A stretch of DNA of 64,000 nt from an uncultured delta proteobacterium (GTDB lineage Bacteria > Myxococcota_A > Polyangia > Palsa-1104), in the NCBI GenBank assembly GCA_963785725.1, contig CAWAWS010000035.1, positions 1 to 64,000 of the forward strand, read 5' to 3'. The first letter of the stretch is position 1; every line of letters starts with the position of its first letter. Shown piece by piece: positions 1 through 9,258 of the stretch. A program made the translations under genes and the position numbers. The notes below the pieces were generated by a model that was given only the letters and a program-made list of their open reading frames with translations, searched no databases and was not told the origin of the DNA.

Positions 1-49
1 CTAAGATCTGGATGCGGTAGCGAGACCCGCAGCTCTGAGCGTTCTCGGA

Positions 50-1616
50 TCACCAGGGATCGATGAAGCGGCGGCGCGGCTCGCCGGCCGTCGTCGCCGG
101 CTTCATCGACGTAAGGCCGCGCAGAATCCAAGCGCGCGTGTCGGCCGGATCGATGACGGCGTCGATCTCGAGCTGCGCCGCCATGTTGATGGCCTTGCCG
201 CGCTCGTAGGCTTGCGCGACGAGCGACTGGAAGAGCGCGTCGCGTTCGGCTTCGTCGGCGATCGCGTCCAGCTGGCGCTTCATCGCGAGACGCACGGCGC
301 CTTCGAGGCCCATGCCGCCGAACTCGCCGGTCGGCCACGAGACGGTGAAGATGGGCGCGTGAAAATGGCCGCCGGCCATCGCCATCGCGCCCAAGCCGTA
401 GCCTTTGCGCAGCACGATCGTGAACAGCGGCACGCGGATGGCGCCGGCGACGACGAACAGCCGCGACACGTGGCGCACCAGCGCCGTCGTCTCCGCTTTC
501 GGGCCCGACCATGAAGCCCGGCGTGTCGCACAGCGACACGATCGGCAGCCCGTAGGCGTCGCACAGCTGTAAGAAGCGCGCCGCTTTGTCGGCCGCGTCG
601 GCGTCGATGGCGCCGCCGAGGTGATGGGATTGTTGGCGATGAGCCCGAGCGGCCGGCCCTCGACGCGCACGAGCGCGGTGACCATGCCGAGGCCGAACTC
701 GCGGCGCAGCTCGAAAGCACGAGCCCGCGTCGGCGATCGTCTCGATGATGGGCGCGCATCTCGTAGGCGCGCCGGCGCCGTTCGGGCATGAGCGCTGCGC
801 AGCTGCGTCTGATCGGCGCAGCTGAAGTCCGTGGCGCTCGCCGTGCAAGTAGCCGAGATAGCGCTTGGCGGCGGCGACGGCGTCGGCTTCGTCGGTGACG
901 CGGACGTCGACGACGCCGTTGCCGCTCTGCACGCCGATGGGGCCGATTTCCTCGGGCGCGAACACGCCGAGGCCGCCGCCTTCGATCATCGCCGGGCCGC
1001 CCATGCCGATGTTGGAATTCTCGGTCGCGATGATGACGTCGCAGCAGCCGAGCAACGCGGCGTTGCCGGCGAAGCAGCGGCCGGAGACGATGCCGACGAG
1101 CGGAACGGCGCCGCTCAAGCGCGCGAACGCGAGGAAGCTCGGCGTGTCGAGGCCGGCGACGATGGGCCAGTCGGTGTCGCTCGGTCGACCGCCGCCGCCT
1201 TCGGCGAAGAGGACGACCGGCAGCGCCTCGGCGGCGGCGATGGCGAGCATGCGGTCGAGCTTCTTGTGGCCGATGACGCCTTGCGTGCCGGCGAACACGG
1301 TGTAGTCGTAGGCGAGGATCATCGTGCGCGCGCCGTCGACGGTGCCGATGCCGCAGACGAGGCCGTCGGCAGGGCTGGCGGCGATGAGCTCGGCCGGCGA
1401 TAAGCGACGCGCTTGCGCGGCCAAGGCCAAGCCGCCCCACTCGACGAAGCTGCCGTCGTCGACGAGGTCGGCGATGTTCTCGCGCGTCGTGCGCTGCCCG
1501 CTCTTGCGACGGCGCTCGACGGCGGCCGGGCGCGCGGCGTCGGTCGTGGCGGCGAGGCGCGCGCGCAGCTCGGTCAATGCCGGCAACTCCGGCGGTTCGG
1601 GATCGTCGGCGCTCAC
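50..1616 (-). CDS. Acyl-CoA carboxylase, carboxyltransferase subunit (reading frame broken by several indels at about 490-830)
   Basis: GTG at 1616 with AGGAG SD. Motifs AYDYTVFAGTQG, FAEGGGGRP, GRCFAGNA and C-terminal RKGYGLGAMAMAGG...IDAVIDPADTR are split across frames. Confidence 0.85.
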
Positions 1617-1632
1617 GATGCTCCTAGTCTCG

Positions 1633-2325
1633 CTAACGATACGTGATGAGCTGCGCGTCCTGACCTTCGAGATGGCTGTGCTCGTTGAGCGTGCTCAGGC
1701 GAACGCCATCGCGCGCCGTCAACAGCTTGGTGACGCCGGCGTTGGCGAGCGTCCAGCCGAGCGCGAGCTGCAGCGGCGCCGGCACTTGCAGGAGCTGCCC
1801 GGCCACCGCCGAGATCGGCCCGCCCGACGTGAACACGATCGCCGTCCGCCCGCGATCGAGCCGCGCCGACAGCCGCGTCAACGCCGCCTGCACGCGCGCG
1901 CCGAACTCCGCGAACGTCTCGGCGTAATCGGCGTCGTAGGCGCCGTTGACCCAGCGCGCCAGCGCGGCCGCGAAGATATGCTGGAACGCGCGCGCCGCAT
2001 CGTCGCTGGCGGCGAGCTCGGCGCCCAAGACGGCGCGATCGGCGAAGCGCGGATCGAAGGCCGCGACCAGCCGATCGTGATCGTACTCGTCCCAGCCGAT
2101 GTCGACCTCGATCGGCGCCTGCCGCTTCATCGCCGCCAAGCAGGCGTCGGCGGTTTGTCGATGGCGCCGCATGCCGCCGCAGACGACGACATCGACGCCG
2201 ACGCCGCGCGCCGCCAACGCCTCGCCGAGCCGCGTCGCTTGCCGCTGCCCGAGATCCGACAGCTGATCGTAATCGGCGGCGCCGAACGACGCCTGCCCAT
2301 GGCGAACGAGCAGGATGGCGCTCAT
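1633..2325 (-). CDS. Histidine phosphatase (phosphoglycerate mutase-like) family protein
   Basis: N-terminal LVRHGQASFG motif, RHRQTA, C-terminal LNEHSHL. Confidence 0.85.
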   Translation of the reverse strand: MSAILLVRHGQASFGAADYDQLSDLGQRQATRLGEALAARGVGVDVVVCGGMRRHRQTADACLAAMKRQAPIEVDIGWDEYDHDRLVAAFDPRFADRAVLGAELAASDDAARAFQHIFAAALARWVNGAYDADYAETFAEFGARVQAALTRLSARLDRGRTAIVFTSGGPISAVAGQLLQVPAPLQLALGWTLANAGVTKLLTARDGVRLSTLNEHSHLEGQDAQLITYR

Positions 2326-3131
2326 GCGTTACGCGGCCGCATCATCTTGCGCGTCCCGGCGGCGATGAGACGGTGATAGACGGCATACGGCAAGAGGCGT
2401 TTCATCATCCACGCCAGCTTGCCTTCGCTGTGCGTCAAAATGTGGAAGTCGCCGCGCTCGATGCCGCGATGGACGAGCTCGGCGATCTCGTCCGCGCCGT
2501 GCTTGGCCTTGCCGACGAGATGTAGCGTCAGCCGCGCCGTGTGCGCGTTCGCCGCCCGCATCGTCTCCGTCAAGTTGGTGCGAAAAAACGCCGGGCACAC
2601 GACCGAGACGGCGACGTTGTCGTCGAGGAGCTCCTGCTGCATCGTCTCCGACAGCGCCACGACGCCCGCTTTGGTCGCGCAATAGGCCGACATTTGCGGC
2701 GGATAGACGAGCCCGGCCATCGACGCGATGTTGACGATGTGCCCCGACTTTTGCTTGCGCAGCATGGGCACGAACGCGCGGCAGCCACGCACGACGCCGA
2801 GCAAGTTGATGTCGACGATCCATTGCCAATCGGCGATCGAGGACTCGTCGATGTTGCCGGAGACGGCGACGCCGGCGTTGTTGACGACGACGTCGACGCC
2901 GCCCCAATTCTCCTCGAGCCAGCGCGCGGCGGCGAGCAAGTCCTCTTCGCGCGTCACGTCGCAGCGCAAGAAGTGCGCGCCTTGGCCGAGGCTCGGCAGG
3001 GTCTCGGCGCCGCGCGCCTCGTTGACGTCGCCGATACAGACTCGCCAGCCGGCGCGCGCGTAGCGTTCGCCGAGCGCGCGGCCGAGCCCGGAGGCGCCGC
3101 CGGTGATGAAGATCCGTTTGCCGTTGCTCAC
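2322..3131 (-). CDS. SDR family oxidoreductase
   Basis: TGGASGLG, NNAG and YxxxK (YCATK). The GTG start overlaps the upstream stop (GTGA). The 732-aa track ORF is over-extended. Confidence 0.9.
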   Translation of the reverse strand: MSNGKRIFITGGASGLGRALGERYARAGWRVCIGDVNEARGAETLPSLGQGAHFLRCDVTREEDLLAAARWLEENWGGVDVVVNNAGVAVSGNIDESSIADWQWIVDINLLGVVRGCRAFVPMLRKQKSGHIVNIASMAGLVYPPQMSAYCATKAGVVALSETMQQELLDDNVAVSVVCPAFFRTNLTETMRAANAHTARLTLHLVGKAKHGADEIAELVHRGIERGDFHILTHSEGKLAWMMKRLLPYAVYHRLIAAGTRKMMRPRNA

Positions 3132-4360
3132 GATGAGTCTCCTGCGCGCGTGCCGCCATGTTTGGCCAGCTCGACGCGTGCGATGACGCCGCGATGCACG
3201 GCGTCGGGTCCATCGGCGATGCGCAAGACGCGCGCGGTGGCGTAGAGCGCCGTCAGCGGCACGTCGTCGGACAGACCGGCGGCGCCATGCATCTGAATGG
3301 CCTCGTCGACCACGCGCTGCAAGACGTTGGGCGCGACCACTTTGATCGCCGAAATCTCGGTGATGGCGGCGATGGCGCCGACCGCGTCCAGCTTCCACGC
3401 GGCGAACCACGTCAACAGGCGCGCCTGATCGATGGCGATGCGCAATTCGGCGATGCGCTCGCGATTGCCGCCCAAATTGAGGAGCGGCTTGCCGAACGCC
3501 GAGCGCGCCAAGCCGCGGCCGATGGCCAGCTCCAGCGCGCGCTCGGAGGCGCCGATACAGCGCATACAATGATGGATGCGACCCGGTCCGAGGCGGCCTT
3601 GCGCGATCTCGAAGCCGCGACCGCTGCCGGCGATGAGGTTGGCGCGCGGCACGCGGACCTTGTCGAACCACACTTCGCCGTGGCCGTACGGTGCGTCGTA
3701 CTCGCCGAACACCGGCAGCATGCGCTTGATGGTGACGCCCGGGCTGTCGAGCGGCACCAGCACCATGCTGTGGCGCTGATGGCGATGCGCGTCGGGATCG
3801 CTGACGCCCATGAAAATGGCGACTTTGCAGCTCGGATGGCCGAGGCCCGTCGACCACCACTTCTTGCCGTCGAGGACGATCGAATCGCCGTCGATTTTGG
3901 CGGTGGCGCGCATGTTGGTGGCGTCGGACGAGGCGACGTCGGGCTCGGTCATGCAGAACGCCGAGCGGATCTTGCCGGCGAGCAGCGGCTCGAGCCAGCG
4001 CTCCTTTTGCTCGTCGCTGCCGTATTTCTCGAGCACTTCCATGTTGCCGGTGTCGGGCGCGTTGCAGTTGAAGACCTCGGGCGCCAAGAAGCTGCGCCCC
4101 ATTTCCTCGGCGAGCGGCGCGTATTCGACCGTCGACAGGCCCGATTGCGCCGGCAAAAACAGGTTCCACAAGCCGGCCGCGCGCGCGTCGGCCTTGAGCT
4201 GCTCGACGGCGGGCGAGAGGCGCCACTTGGTCCAGTCGGGCTCGCGCTGCGTCGAGCGGTCGGCGAAGAGGCGCTCTTCGACCGGCACGATCTGCTCGCG
4301 CACGAAGCGACGGACACGCGCCTGCAGCTCCTGCGACTTCGGGCTCAGCGAAAAATCCAT
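3128..4360 (-). CDS. Acyl-CoA dehydrogenase
   Basis: FNCNAPDTGNME, FCMTEPDVASSDA, GRLGPGRIHHCMR, RIADGPD. Confidence 0.93.
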   Translation of the reverse strand: MDFSLSPKSQELQARVRRFVREQIVPVEERLFADRSTQREPDWTKWRLSPAVEQLKADARAAGLWNLFLPAQSGLSTVEYAPLAEEMGRSFLAPEVFNCNAPDTGNMEVLEKYGSDEQKERWLEPLLAGKIRSAFCMTEPDVASSDATNMRATAKIDGDSIVLDGKKWWSTGLGHPSCKVAIFMGVSDPDAHRHQRHSMVLVPLDSPGVTIKRMLPVFGEYDAPYGHGEVWFDKVRVPRANLIAGSGRGFEIAQGRLGPGRIHHCMRCIGASERALELAIGRGLARSAFGKPLLNLGGNRERIAELRIAIDQARLLTWFAAWKLDAVGAIAAITEISAIKVVAPNVLQRVVDEAIQMHGAAGLSDDVPLTALYATARVLRIADGPDAVHRGVIARVELAKHGGTRAGDSS

Positions 4361-4503
4361 GCCCATCAGATAGCGCTGATGCGACGGCGAATCCAACAGG
4401 GATCATACTTGCCGACGGTAACGCGGTAGCTCGAGCGGCTGCGGGCGAGACATTCGTGGCGTGAATCGCGCGCGAATGCGTGGGCAAGCGCGCGAAATCC
4501 GCG

Positions 4504-4519
4504 TGGCATGCTGACTGCA
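4504..4519 (+). promoter_or_regulatory. Putative sigma54 (-24/-12) promoter
   Basis: TGGCATGCTGACTGCA = GG-N10-GC, 14 nt before the ATG at 4532. Confidence 0.6.
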
Positions 4520-4531
4520 CGAGGCGACGAC

Positions 4532-4936
4532 ATGTCCATGCGAAAGCTCGTCATCCTCTTGGGTTTGCTGCTCGCCGCCGCGGCCTGCGGCGGCAACGAC
4601 AAGACCGGCGACGCCGGTCCCGACATGCAGGCGAGCGCCGACATGCGCTCGCTCGCCGACATGCGCTCGCTCGCCAACCAAGGCAAGCCCTGCGTCACCG
4701 ACGATGACTGCGACTCGCCCGACTACAAGTGCAGCTACCCCATCGCCGACGGCTGCAGCGCCAAGGGCCAATGCCGCGCCGTTCGCTTGCCGTCGTGCAC
4801 CGCCATCTCGCTCGCCTGCGGCTGCGACGGCAAGCCGGTGCCGACCGGCATCTGCTTCTACGACAGCGGCTATGCCGGCGGCCCGACCGTTCCCGGCGAT
4901 TATCCCGAATGCCCAGGCGGCGACGGCGGCAGCTGA
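4532..4936 (+). CDS. Cys-rich lipoprotein, paralog 1
   Basis: Lipobox-like AAAC, then a 10-Cys domain YPIADGCSAKGQC...CGCDG...CPGGDGG. Confidence 0.8.
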   Translation: MSMRKLVILLGLLLAAAACGGNDKTGDAGPDMQASADMRSLADMRSLANQGKPCVTDDDCDSPDYKCSYPIADGCSAKGQCRAVRLPSCTAISLACGCDGKPVPTGICFYDSGYAGGPTVPGDYPECPGGDGGS

Positions 4937-5147
4937 CCCACGCAGCGGTGAGCGTCATCACACAACGCCACCGACGTCTCCGGCTAAGCTTCGTGGGTGC
5001 AGCTGCGACGAACGAGCATGGCCGCGTCGCGAGGTTCCGTCGGCTGGGCCGCGCGCGCGTCGCGCCACACGCCGGCGTCCGGACATTCGTGCCGCGATTC
5101 GGCCGCGATTTGGGACGCAATGGCCGCGAAATCGCGCCTAATCGACG

Positions 5148-5163
5148 TGGCACGCACGCTGCA
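5148..5163 (+). promoter_or_regulatory. Putative sigma54 promoter
   Basis: TGGCACGCACGCTGCA = GG-N10-GC, 14 nt before the ATG at 5176. Confidence 0.65.
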
Positions 5164-5175
5164 AAAGGCGGCGCC

Positions 5176-5610
5176 ATGACCCTCCAACGACTCGTCCTCG
5201 TCTGCGGTTTGCTCCTCGGCGCCTGCGGCGGCGACCACGGCGCGCACGATCCCGACATGCAAACCCCGGCCGACTTGTATACGCCGACCTGCGGCAGCGG
5301 CCACGACATGCTCACGCCCGGCGTCGGCCAAGCGTGCGTGACCGATCAGGACTGCCCGCAGCCCACCGGCGGCTCGAGCACCGCCGGCGAATATCTCATC
5401 TGCGATTACCCCATCGCCGACGGCTGCAGCGCCAAGGGCCAGTGCCGCTTGGTGCAGATGCCGACGTGCGCCACCGTCACCTTGACCTGCGGCTGCAACG
5501 GCCAGCCCGTCCCCAACAGCAGCTGCTACTACGGCCCCGGCTTCGCCGGCGGCCCGGTCATGCCCGGCACCACGTGGCCGCAAGACTGCCCCGGTGACGG
5601 CGGTCAATAG
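5176..5610 (+). CDS. Cys-rich lipoprotein, paralog 2
   Basis: Lipobox LGAC and the same 10-Cys domain, ending WPQDCPGDGGQ. Confidence 0.8.
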   Translation: MTLQRLVLVCGLLLGACGGDHGAHDPDMQTPADLYTPTCGSGHDMLTPGVGQACVTDQDCPQPTGGSSTAGEYLICDYPIADGCSAKGQCRLVQMPTCATVTLTCGCNGQPVPNSSCYYGPGFAGGPVMPGTTWPQDCPGDGGQ

Positions 5611-5626
5611 CTGACGGAGCAGCGCC

Positions 5627-6028
5627 ATGTCGATTCGGTCGATCGTCTTCGTGCTCGGCTGCGCCCTCGCGGCCTCCGCTTGTGGCGACAACGAACCGAT
5701 CACGCACGATCCCGACATGCAGATCGCGTCCGACGCGGCGCCGCCCGATCTGCGCGTCGACCCGAGCGTCGGCCGCGCCTGCGCCAGCGACATCGACTGC
5801 GACTCCCCGTTCACGTTGTGCGCGTTCCCCATCGCCGACGGCTGCAGCGCGGTCGGCCATTGTCGCTTGGTCCACTCGCCGTGCAACGCGCTCATGTGGG
5901 CCTGCGGCTGCAACGGCCAAATGGTCGTGAGCGGCGCCTGCGAATTCGACGATGGCTACGCCGCTGGGCCGGTCATTCCCGGCGGCGACCATTGGCCGCA
6001 AGACTGCCCCGGCGACGGCGGCCAATAA
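5627..6028 (+). CDS. Cys-rich lipoprotein, paralog 3
   Basis: GGAG SD, ASAC lipobox-like motif and the same 10-Cys domain, ending WPQDCPGDGGQ. Confidence 0.8.
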   Translation: MSIRSIVFVLGCALAASACGDNEPITHDPDMQIASDAAPPDLRVDPSVGRACASDIDCDSPFTLCAFPIADGCSAVGHCRLVHSPCNALMWACGCNGQMVVSGACEFDDGYAAGPVIPGGDHWPQDCPGDGGQ

Positions 6029-6029
6029 G

Positions 6030-7289
6030 TCACGCGATCAGATCCGGCAGCGGCGTTTGGTCGGCGCCGGTCAACAGGCCGAAGCCGCTGAAGCTGGCGC
6101 CCATCGCCTGCAAGATGTTCAAGAGCAGCCGCTCGTGCCGATCGGCGACGGTCGCGCTGTTGTAGTGCAGGTAGCGGCCGGCGGGCGCGCGCTTCAAGTA
6201 GCCGCCGGCGCCGCCGGACACGACATACGGCATCGACTGCTGGTTGTGGTTGACCGAGTCGCCCATGTCGCGCGTCCAGACGATGAGCGTGTTGTCGTAG
6301 AGCATGCCGCTGCCGTCGGCTTCCGGCGTCGTCTTCAGCTTGTTGACGAGGTCGACGAACGTCTGCGCGTACCACTGCTCGACCTGAATCAGCTGCGCGT
6401 AGTTCGTCCCCGCGCCGCCGTGGATGAACTGGCCGTGCTCCTCGCCTTGCAGATTCGGCAGATTCACCGGCACCGACTGATCGGACCCGAACTGCAGCGC
6501 GGCGACCCGCGTCAACCCGCACGCGAACGCGCTCACGATGAGATCGAGATGCACGACGTCCGACAGCAAGAGGTTCGTGCCGTCGAGCGTCGGTGTCGCC
6601 GGCGCCGTGCAGCTGCCGGCGCTGCCGCCGGTCAGCCGATTCTCCAGCTGCCGAATCGAGTCCAAATGCAGCGCCAGCTTCGCCTGCTGCGTCGCGCCCA
6701 ACGTCGCATTGAGCGTGCCGATCTCGCTCTTGACGAGGTCGAGGATGCTCTGCTTGCGCGCCAGCGTCGCCGCGGGCATGGCCGTGCTGGAGACGCCGCT
6801 GAAGATCGTGTTGAACGCGTCGATGGGCGAGTTGATCGTCGGCAAGTTGCGGCCGTTCGCGTAGAACAGCGTGCGCCCGCCGTTGGCGTTCGTGTTCGCG
6901 CCCAACAGCAGCGCCGGAATCGTGTCGTTGGCGCCGACGCTGGCGGCCAAGAATTGATCGACCGACGTCGGGTTGGCGTCCGAGAACCCTTTGCCGGTGA
7001 GCGCTTCGGGGCTGCCGTGGTTCTCGCCCGGATCGCTCGTCATCAAGCCGTCGACGAGCACGACGTCGCCGGCGATCGCCGCCAGCGGCTCGGTCGCCTG
7101 GTTGAAGATGTTCGTCGCCGGATTGGTCGGCGTCCACAGCGCGGGATTGGTGCCCATCGTGCAGAACAAGAGCACGCGCTTGGCGCGCGGCGCCGCTTGC
7201 GCGCGCGCCGGCCGTTCGCGGTTCATGAAGGGCGCCAACAACAGCCCCGCGCCCATCGCCTTGGCGAACTGTCTACGGGTCACGCTCAT
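6030..7289 (-). CDS. DUF1552-type protein with Tat signal
   Basis: TRRQF twin-Arg signal, SVDQFLA, SILDLV, HLDSIRQLE, AFACGLTRVA, LYDNTLI. Adjacent to a DUF1592-type gene. Confidence 0.8.
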   Translation of the reverse strand: MSVTRRQFAKAMGAGLLLAPFMNRERPARAQAAPRAKRVLLFCTMGTNPALWTPTNPATNIFNQATEPLAAIAGDVVLVDGLMTSDPGENHGSPEALTGKGFSDANPTSVDQFLAASVGANDTIPALLLGANTNANGGRTLFYANGRNLPTINSPIDAFNTIFSGVSSTAMPAATLARKQSILDLVKSEIGTLNATLGATQQAKLALHLDSIRQLENRLTGGSAGSCTAPATPTLDGTNLLLSDVVHLDLIVSAFACGLTRVAALQFGSDQSVPVNLPNLQGEEHGQFIHGGAGTNYAQLIQVEQWYAQTFVDLVNKLKTTPEADGSGMLYDNTLIVWTRDMGDSVNHNQQSMPYVVSGGAGGYLKRAPAGRYLHYNSATVADRHERLLLNILQAMGASFSGFGLLTGADQTPLPDLIA

Positions 7290-7328
7290 GTGCGGGCTCG
7301 TCCTTTGCTTGTGCGTTGGCGGTTCACG

Positions 7329-9005
7329 TCATTGGTCCTGGACGCGCGAGGTGAAGTGCGGCGCATGCACAATCGCCATCAGCACGCTCTGCAGGGTGTT
7401 GCCTTTGCCGGCCGCTTCACCGGCGATGGCGTCTTCGGTGCAGCCGTTCTGCGGCCAGCTCGTTTGACCGAAGGCGTAATAGGTCCAATAGCGCGTCATG
7501 CAGGTCTCGACGTCGGGATCGCTCGCCAAGTAGCTCGACAGATCGCTGAGGCCCGCGAACGACAGGTCGCTGCCGCCCGACATCGACTTCAGCGTGCCCG
7601 ACGTGTCGACGGGCAGGCCGTTGTCGGTCGTGCGATGGCGGCCGATGCCGTCGTAACCCTCGAAGCCGAAGCCGACCGGGTCGAGGTAGATGTGGCAACC
7701 CGCGCACGGCTGCATCGTGTCGTGCGCTTCGAAGTGCTGCCGCGTCGTCTGCACGCCGGACGCGGGCGCCAGCGCCGTCGCCAGGTTGCCGGGCGGCGGC
7801 GGCAACGCCTGACAGAGCAGGCGCATGCGCACCATCTTGCCGCGCAGCACCGGCGACGAGATGTTGGCGTCGGCGTAGCCGCTCAAGATGGAGCCGTGCG
7901 CGAGCAGGCCGGCGTCGCGCGTGCCGGCGGGCAGCGTCGTCTTCGTCGCGGTCGCGCCGCCGCCGCCGATGCCGTAATACTGCGCCAAGTTGGAATCGAG
8001 GAACGTGTAATTGGCGGTGAGCGCGCCGGCGAACGTGCCGCCCGACGTGAAGCTGTCGACGAGCAGGCCGCGCGTCTCGTTGTACATGCTCGTGCGCAAG
8101 CTGTCGGTGAGCGCGCCGTAGACGGTCGAGTCCTTGACGATCGTGAGCACGCGGTCGAGCCCGAGCCAGCCGGTCATGAAGTCGGCGACCGCCGTTTGAC
8201 CGCGCGGATCCTGCAACAAGCGCGCGGCCTGCGCGTCGAGCTGCGCCGGCGTTGCCAGCTGGCCGGCGTCGGCGGCGGCCATCAGCGTGTCGTCGGGCAT
8301 GCTGCCGATGAGCAGATACGACAGCCCGCTGGCGATCTCATACGGCGTCAGATCGTACTGGCCGGTGGTCGCGTTCTTCGTGCCCAGCTCTTGCCGATAG
8401 AGGAAATAGGGCGACTGCAGCATCGCCTGCACCAGCGTGTGTAAGCCGTCGGCGAAGTCGCCTTGCGCCTGAAACAGCGTCGTATACGCCTGAAGCTGCG
8501 TCGCCGTCAGCGGGCTGCGAAAGGCGCGCTTGCCGAAGCTGCCGACAATCTGCTGCACGCAGGTGGTGTCGGTCGTCGTGCAGGCGGCGACGCTGGTCGG
8601 ATGCGTGTCGACCCACGTCGCCACTTGATCGCCGAAGTCCATCAGCTGCTGCGCCGTCAGATCCTGCACGACGAGCGCGTTGGCATCGGCCGTAAAGCCG
8701 AGCACCGGCGAGTCGGCGAAGAACGTCGCCTGCGGCACCGTCGGATCGGCAAAGAGGTCCTGCAAGGTCGCGTTCAGCTGCGCTTGCGTCAGGCGACGCA
8801 GCACGCGCGGGCCCGGCAGCTTCGGATTGCTGCCGCAGGCGTCGAGCGGCGGCAGCTGCGTGATCGGCGCGGCCGTCGTCGTCGTGCCCGCGCCGCCGCC
8901 GCCGCTGCCGGCGCCGCCGTCGCCGTTGCCGCTGCTCGCCGCCATCTTTGGCAGGCAGCCGGCGAGCGCGAGCACGAGCACGCCCGCTGTCGTCATCCGC
9001 ATCAT
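7329..9005 (-). CDS. DUF1587/1592/1588/1585-type multidomain lipoprotein with CxxCH
   Basis: LAGC lipobox, LRRLT, AFRSPL, LQSPYFLYR, SSPVLRG, CAGCH, DPVGFGFEGYDGIG. Confidence 0.85.
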   Translation of the reverse strand: MMRMTTAGVLVLALAGCLPKMAASSGNGDGGAGSGGGGAGTTTTAAPITQLPPLDACGSNPKLPGPRVLRRLTQAQLNATLQDLFADPTVPQATFFADSPVLGFTADANALVVQDLTAQQLMDFGDQVATWVDTHPTSVAACTTTDTTCVQQIVGSFGKRAFRSPLTATQLQAYTTLFQAQGDFADGLHTLVQAMLQSPYFLYRQELGTKNATTGQYDLTPYEIASGLSYLLIGSMPDDTLMAAADAGQLATPAQLDAQAARLLQDPRGQTAVADFMTGWLGLDRVLTIVKDSTVYGALTDSLRTSMYNETRGLLVDSFTSGGTFAGALTANYTFLDSNLAQYYGIGGGGATATKTTLPAGTRDAGLLAHGSILSGYADANISSPVLRGKMVRMRLLCQALPPPPGNLATALAPASGVQTTRQHFEAHDTMQPCAGCHIYLDPVGFGFEGYDGIGRHRTTDNGLPVDTSGTLKSMSGGSDLSFAGLSDLSSYLASDPDVETCMTRYWTYYAFGQTSWPQNGCTEDAIAGEAAGKGNTLQSVLMAIVHAPHFTSRVQDQ

Positions 9006-9017
9006 GACGCCGTCCTT

Positions 9018-9033
9018 CGCAAGCCGCGGGCCA
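9018..9033 (-). promoter_or_regulatory. Putative sigma54 promoter for DUF1592-DUF1552
   Basis: Minus strand TGGCCCGCGGCTTGCG = GG-N10-GC with TTGC, 14 nt before the ATG at 9005. Confidence 0.65.
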
Positions 9034-9142
9034 GCCGCAAGGTCGCGACGAACGGCGCGCGACCGGAGCCTCGGCCCTCCAGCGCGCCGCGGCGATTCGC
9101 CGATTCGGTAGCAAATTCACGCCCGAAGCGCGCGCCTCGGGC

Positions 9143-9163
9143 TGACCACCAAACGTTGTCACC
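9143..9163. promoter_or_regulatory. Putative activator-binding palindrome
   Basis: TGACCACCAAACGTTGTCACC, 17/21 identical to the box at 14218. Confidence 0.6.
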
Positions 9164-9258
9164 CATCGCAGCCGAGGCGCGACGAGCCAGGCGCGACGTC
9201 GTGCGGCTCGGCGGCTACGGCGCCGCGCGGGCGGAGAACGCCGATCCCGCGCGGCGAA

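Noticed and set aside
5952..8444. Long antisense and alternate-frame ORFs (this 830-aa ORF and many others)
   Set aside because: Arg/Ala-rich shadows of real genes, expected when stop codons are rare at high GC.
9110..9125. Alternative sigma54 motif CGGGCGTGAATTTGCT on the minus strand
   Set aside because: Poorer -24 match and only ~20 bp from the palindrome; the 9018-9033 site fits better.
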